From an uncultured archaeon (lineage in GTDB: Archaea > Asgardarchaeota > Lokiarchaeia > Sigyniarchaeales > SOKP01): a stretch of DNA of 64,000 nt. A program made the position numbers and the translations under genes. Below the pieces are notes generated by a model that ran no database searches, was not told the origin of the DNA, and was given only the letters and a program-made list of their open reading frames with translations. This document shows positions 60,239 to 64,000 of the stretch, piece by piece. How positions within the stretch are numbered: the stretch's first letter is position 1; every line of letters starts with the position of its first letter. Where the stretch lies: NCBI GenBank assembly GCA_964632315.1, contig CAZWEM010000015.1:1-64000 (forward strand), in the 5' to 3' direction.

Positions 60239-60319
60239 TCATAGGACTTTATCTTTGATTTTCACTGCTAAATGCGACAGTTCCCAGATTGATTAAATGA
60301 TTATAAATGTCAAATTCAA

Positions 60320-60423
60320 TGGGAGGGGAGGGATTCGAACCCCCGACCACTTGGCCCCCAGCCAATTCGATCCAGTTTAAAGACAATAAACTGGCGTATC
60401 ATACCAAGCTAGACCACCCTCCC
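60320..60423 (-). tRNA. tRNA-Pro(GGG) with 30-nt intron at 27/28 (60366-60395)
   Basis: Acceptor stem GGGAGGG/CCCTCCC, spliced anticodon arm CTTGG-CTGGGGG-CCAAG, T loop TTCGAAT; 74 nt mature; CCA not encoded. Confidence 0.92.
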
Positions 60424-60606
60424 TTTATGGGGAACGTTAAGTAAAAAGATCTAAAACTTTAGGGATGTTCAAGATACCTTTTCTTTGAAATAAAATTGTA
60501 AATTCTATTTATTTTTATTTATCTTTTTAATTGAACTGATAATTTTTAAATGTCTTAGAGGGTTTTAATTCTTAATAGTTTTAAATATAATATATCTTGT
60601 GTTTTA

Positions 60607-60900
60607 ATGCGCTCTCGAAAACCTTATTTAATATTTTGGCCTCAATATTTCGATGCTAAAAAGACTCGTGCTGAAGGTAGACGCATACCCAAAAAGTATG
60701 CTATAGAAAAAGTAAGTGCTAAAGATCTGGTAACAGCTGCAGGTAAATTAGGTTATACAGTTCAATTGGAATCGAGTTATAAATATCCGAGGTCCTGGTG
60801 GGATGAACCTGGTAGAGTTGTTATAGAGACTAAAGGGAAGAAAAAGTCGAAGGTTTTATTGGAAGTTGCGAAAGAAGTTAAAAAACAGCAATCTAAATAA
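60607..60900 (+). CDS. srp19: signal recognition particle 19 kDa protein
   Basis: WPQYFDAKKTRAEGRRIPK, YPRSWW..GRV. Confidence 0.95.
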   Translation: MRSRKPYLIFWPQYFDAKKTRAEGRRIPKKYAIEKVSAKDLVTAAGKLGYTVQLESSYKYPRSWWDEPGRVVIETKGKKKSKVLLEVAKEVKKQQSK

Positions 60901-60917
60901 TTAAATGTAGCTTAAAT

Positions 60918-61295
60918 ATGCATGAATTCTCGTTCGCTTATCAAATCTTTAAGGTAGCAGAAGCTACGGCCATAAAGTATGGTGCTAAGAAAATTACTGA
61001 AGTTTATTTAGAAATTGGAGAACTCACTCTCATCGTTCCAGAATTGTTGAAACAATCATTCAAAATGGCAACTACGGGGTCCATTGCGGAAGGTGCTGAG
61101 TTAAAGATTGAGATATTACCCGGAAAGATAAGATGTAGGGAGTGTGATAAAGTTTCTACAGTTACTCTTACCGAAGAAGCGCAATTAACTGGACTTCAAT
61201 TATTTCAATGCAAGTATTGTAAAAGCAAAAATACTGAAATCATTGAAGGAAAAAAAGCTAACGTTAAAAATATTAAAATCCAAGAAGAAGATTAG
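60918..61295 (+). CDS. hypA: hydrogenase nickel metallochaperone HypA
   Basis: MHEFS, IGELT, two CxxC motifs, IIEGK. Confidence 0.93.
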   Translation: MHEFSFAYQIFKVAEATAIKYGAKKITEVYLEIGELTLIVPELLKQSFKMATTGSIAEGAELKIEILPGKIRCRECDKVSTVTLTEEAQLTGLQLFQCKYCKSKNTEIIEGKKANVKNIKIQEED

Positions 61296-61321
61296 AGATT
61301 TTCACTTAATTTCTTTATAAA

Positions 61322-62041
61322 ATGCCAGAAATTCAAGTACTCTGGGAAGGAAGATTAGATCTCTCTCAAATTGCATGGGGTGACTCTTCGCTTCCAGAAT
61401 TTAGATTGAATTCGAAACATGATGTTAAAATAAACAAATTTTGGATAGAACATTTAGACACACATCCAAATGATTATGATGGGACCTTACTCTACCTTTA
61501 TGATTTTATAATAGATCAAAATAGTAATTTGGTTCTAAATACTGGAACCGTCAAATTCTCCACAATCATTTACATGTCCAATTTCAATTTTAAAATCAAT
61601 AAGGGTATTGGAATGCTAGGTGTTCAATGTTTAATTTTTGACAGTAATAATAATTATTTATTAGTTGGTAGAAGATCCCATCATCAATCATACTATCCAG
61701 GAGCACTAACAATTCCAGGAGGAATGTTAGAATCCAATGATCTTAACAATCCACCTAAAATTTCATTAATGAGAGAAATTCTCGAGGAAGTGAAATTAAA
61801 TTTTAATAATCACGTTAATCTCATTGCTATTCTTTCGGGCTGGAATGGTATTTCAGTTACATTTCTCCTTTCAACGGTTATTAATGACTTTTTGGATCCT
61901 TCTAAGAATTTAGATGGAGATCAAGAGGAATGGGATGACGGACTTAATTGGATAACTATTAAAGAATTGCTTCACATGAATAATGATTCTCCAATTATGC
62001 TAGATGGTTTGCAATACTTCAAAACTAAAATAGAGTTATAA
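61322..62041 (+). CDS. NUDIX hydrolase
   Basis: PGGMLE..LMREILEEV Nudix box. Confidence 0.85.
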   Translation: MPEIQVLWEGRLDLSQIAWGDSSLPEFRLNSKHDVKINKFWIEHLDTHPNDYDGTLLYLYDFIIDQNSNLVLNTGTVKFSTIIYMSNFNFKINKGIGMLGVQCLIFDSNNNYLLVGRRSHHQSYYPGALTIPGGMLESNDLNNPPKISLMREILEEVKLNFNNHVNLIAILSGWNGISVTFLLSTVINDFLDPSKNLDGDQEEWDDGLNWITIKELLHMNNDSPIMLDGLQYFKTKIEL

Positions 62042-62089
62042 ATATTACGTGCACAATCCTATAAGGATTAAAATTATGATAATGCAAAT

Positions 62090-62470
62090 TCATTGAATTA
62101 AAATTCCATTCAAAACGCCATGCTGACCTGGGCGACTAGTTATCCTTGCTTTACCGATTTCAGTTTCGACAATAGCTCCTTTTGTTAGAATATGCCGCCT
62201 ATTAAAATCTTTTGATGCATCATTTTGTTCAAACCTCAAAATTTTCACTTTAGAGGTTTTATTCGAACTTGGATCAGTAACATTCATGAATGTAGAAGAG
62301 AATAGCTTTAACTTAAAGTTTCCCCCCATTGTTCTTTGTTTTTTCTTTTTTTCAGAACCGATCTCTGTTTCTATAGGGGCTCTTTCCAGTTCTCTTTTCC
62401 GTTTTTTACGAAAATATTTATATTTTTTTCCAGTGTATTTTCTTCTACTACGTACTTGACTTCTTGCCAT
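62090..62470 (-). CDS. rps8e: 30S ribosomal protein S8e
   Basis: RSRRKYTG, KRKREL, RTMGGN.K, ILTKGAIVETEIGKARITSRPGQHG. Confidence 0.97.
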   Translation of the reverse strand: MARSQVRSRRKYTGKKYKYFRKKRKRELERAPIETEIGSEKKKKQRTMGGNFKLKLFSSTFMNVTDPSSNKTSKVKILRFEQNDASKDFNRRHILTKGAIVETEIGKARITSRPGQHGVLNGILIQ

Positions 62471-62641
62471 AATAAAAAGACACTCGCGTGCAAAAATCTA
62501 TTATGATGGATAATAAACAATTAGTTTAAAATTTTGTGTTTGATTTACTTTCTTTATAATTTCTAAAAGTAAAATAAATATAGCACAACTTAATTTATAA
62601 TCATAATAACCTTCAAAATAAATTTTTAACTGAGAGAAAAA

Positions 62642-63280
62642 ATGGAACATATTACTAATAACTTAAAGATTGATGAAGAAGCATTAAATAATGTAATCAA
62701 ATCGAGTACAACTACCGTAGGGATAATTGTTAAGGATGGAGTGGTAGTTGGAACTGAAAGTCAAGCTACAGCAGGATATTTCGTTGCGACAAAGACAGCT
62801 CAAAAACTTTTCCAAATCAATGATTATACTTGTGCTACAATATCTGGAGGAGTAGCAGATTGCCAATATGTCATCAATCAATTGAGAGCATTTTCCCGAT
62901 TAAAGGAAGTAGAAGAAGAAAAAGTTCCTGAACCTAAATATATTGCAAGTGTAACGAGGAACATATTATTCAGCGGTCGTTCATATTACTTAGCAATGAT
63001 GATTATTGGAGGGTTCTCATTAAAAGAACAAAAAGGAAGACTATATGGTGTTGATTTGTTAGGAACTTTATTTGAAGAAGAGAACTTTATATCATTTGGA
63101 AGTGGATCTCCTTTTTCTCTTGGAGTGTTAGAATCCGATTGGAAACCGGGATTAACAAAGAATCAAGGTATAGAATTGATCAAAACAGCCATTTCAAGCT
63201 CACGGGAAAGAGATGCTGCTTCGGGATTTAACATTCAAATCTGTACTATTGATAAAAACGGATTTAATCAAGTGCAATAA
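62642..63280 (+). CDS. psmB: proteasome subunit beta
   Basis: TTTVGI..KDGVV, K33, SGGVAD, GSGS, RDAASG. Confidence 0.93.
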   Translation: MEHITNNLKIDEEALNNVIKSSTTTVGIIVKDGVVVGTESQATAGYFVATKTAQKLFQINDYTCATISGGVADCQYVINQLRAFSRLKEVEEEKVPEPKYIASVTRNILFSGRSYYLAMMIIGGFSLKEQKGRLYGVDLLGTLFEEENFISFGSGSPFSLGVLESDWKPGLTKNQGIELIKTAISSSRERDAASGFNIQICTIDKNGFNQVQ

Positions 63281-63291
63281 CTCTCTTTCTA

Positions 63292-63798
63292 CTAAGAAAT
63301 TATAATATCGATTTTTTGAACTTCATTTTCAAAATAAATAAATCCATTTATATCGTAATTTGTGGCATCAATTATTAGCCAAATTAGATTTTTAAAAGCC
63401 TTACTCGTATATTTACTTGTTTTTTCACTAAAATGATCCAGAAATGTCATATTATTTATATCCACTGAACTAGGATAGTTTCCCGATGGATGAGAATGAA
63501 AAATGCTAATTAATTGAGCTTTTTGAGTTGCGGATTGAATTTCTTCCATTATTATAGCATTTAATCTTTCCATATTTCTCATCAAGAAAGACACGGCTGA
63601 ATTTTGATCAGATGGTATACATCTAGCTTTATTACCAATGTAATGATAAGAATAGTCATTATTGCGATAAATTTCTTCAATAGAGCCAAATATGAGACCG
63701 CAACACTCGTTTGGAGATGATGAGTCAACACATGTTTTTAAATCTTCAACAATAAGAGCGTTTAAAACGCATTTAATATCTTTGAGCTTTTTAATGAT
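63292..63798 (-). CDS. JAB/MPN (Mov34, JAMM1-like) metalloprotease, inferred ATC/ATT start
   Basis: PNECCGLIFG lies in frame upstream of the ORF-track start; IFHSHPSGNYPSSVD. Confidence 0.85.
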   Translation of the reverse strand: MIKKLKDIKCVLNALIVEDLKTCVDSSSPNECCGLIFGSIEEIYRNNDYSYHYIGNKARCIPSDQNSAVSFLMRNMERLNAIIMEEIQSATQKAQLISIFHSHPSGNYPSSVDINNMTFLDHFSEKTSKYTSKAFKNLIWLIIDATNYDINGFIYFENEVQKIDIIIS

Positions 63799-63816
63799 TT
63801 ATCCCTTGCTTTTTTT

Positions 63817-64000
63817 TTAAATTAAAGTGAGAGCTGCATTTAATGATGCCAAACGAGATATTTTATTATTACTTCCTAATCCAATTATGATAACATCTCC
63901 TTTTTCAAGCTTACCATCCTCACTTGAGATTAAATTTTTTAAATATTTCAGTGTCTCTTTATTCACAGAATCTTTTTCATCGATGTTTCTGCCTGAAGAA
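63817..64000 (-). CDS. C-terminal end of a gene (DUF4443-like tail); runs off window end
   Basis: ...LEKGDVIIIGLGSNNKISRLASLNAALTLI*. Confidence 0.55.
   Translation of the reverse strand, partial: SSGRNIDEKDSVNKETLKYLKNLISSEDGKLEKGDVIIIGLGSNNKISRLASLNAALTLI

Noticed and set aside
60424-60480. Possible small RNA upstream of tRNA-Pro
   Set aside because: Only a 4-bp GAAC/GUUC pairing; no C/D or H/ACA boxes
1-64000. CRISPR arrays, transposases, integrases, rRNA, and the remaining short antisense or nested ORFs in the track
   Set aside because: No regularly spaced repeats, mobility motifs or rRNA sequence seen; nested ORFs overlap well-supported genes and lack motifs

Overview
AT-rich (roughly 30% GC by eye), gene-dense archaeal chromosome segment, most consistent with an Asgard archaeon of the Lokiarchaeia type. 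This is inferred from eL38/eL40/eS8, archaeal aaRSs, a Rab-like GTPase, longin, gelsolin-like, BRO1-like and JAMM proteins, and an IPFG C-terminal anchor. Most genes are housekeeping or metabolic: translation, flavin and lipid synthesis, a proteasome beta subunit, and a sugar/acid catabolic cluster at 33.5-44 kb. No CRISPR array, IS element or prophage was seen. Highlights: (1) an apparently free-standing, highly structured ~453-nt non-coding RNA on the minus strand (11151-11603) with its own TATA box and oligo-T terminator, which lacks RNase P, SRP and intron consensus motifs; (2) six genes that appear to start at ATT/ATC, four of them with no usable ATG/GTG/TTG; (3) two tRNAs, each with a 30-nt intron at a non-canonical position; (4) several eukaryotic-signature-like proteins, including a membrane-anchored gelsolin-like protein. 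All family calls come from motif recognition by eye; no database searches were run.
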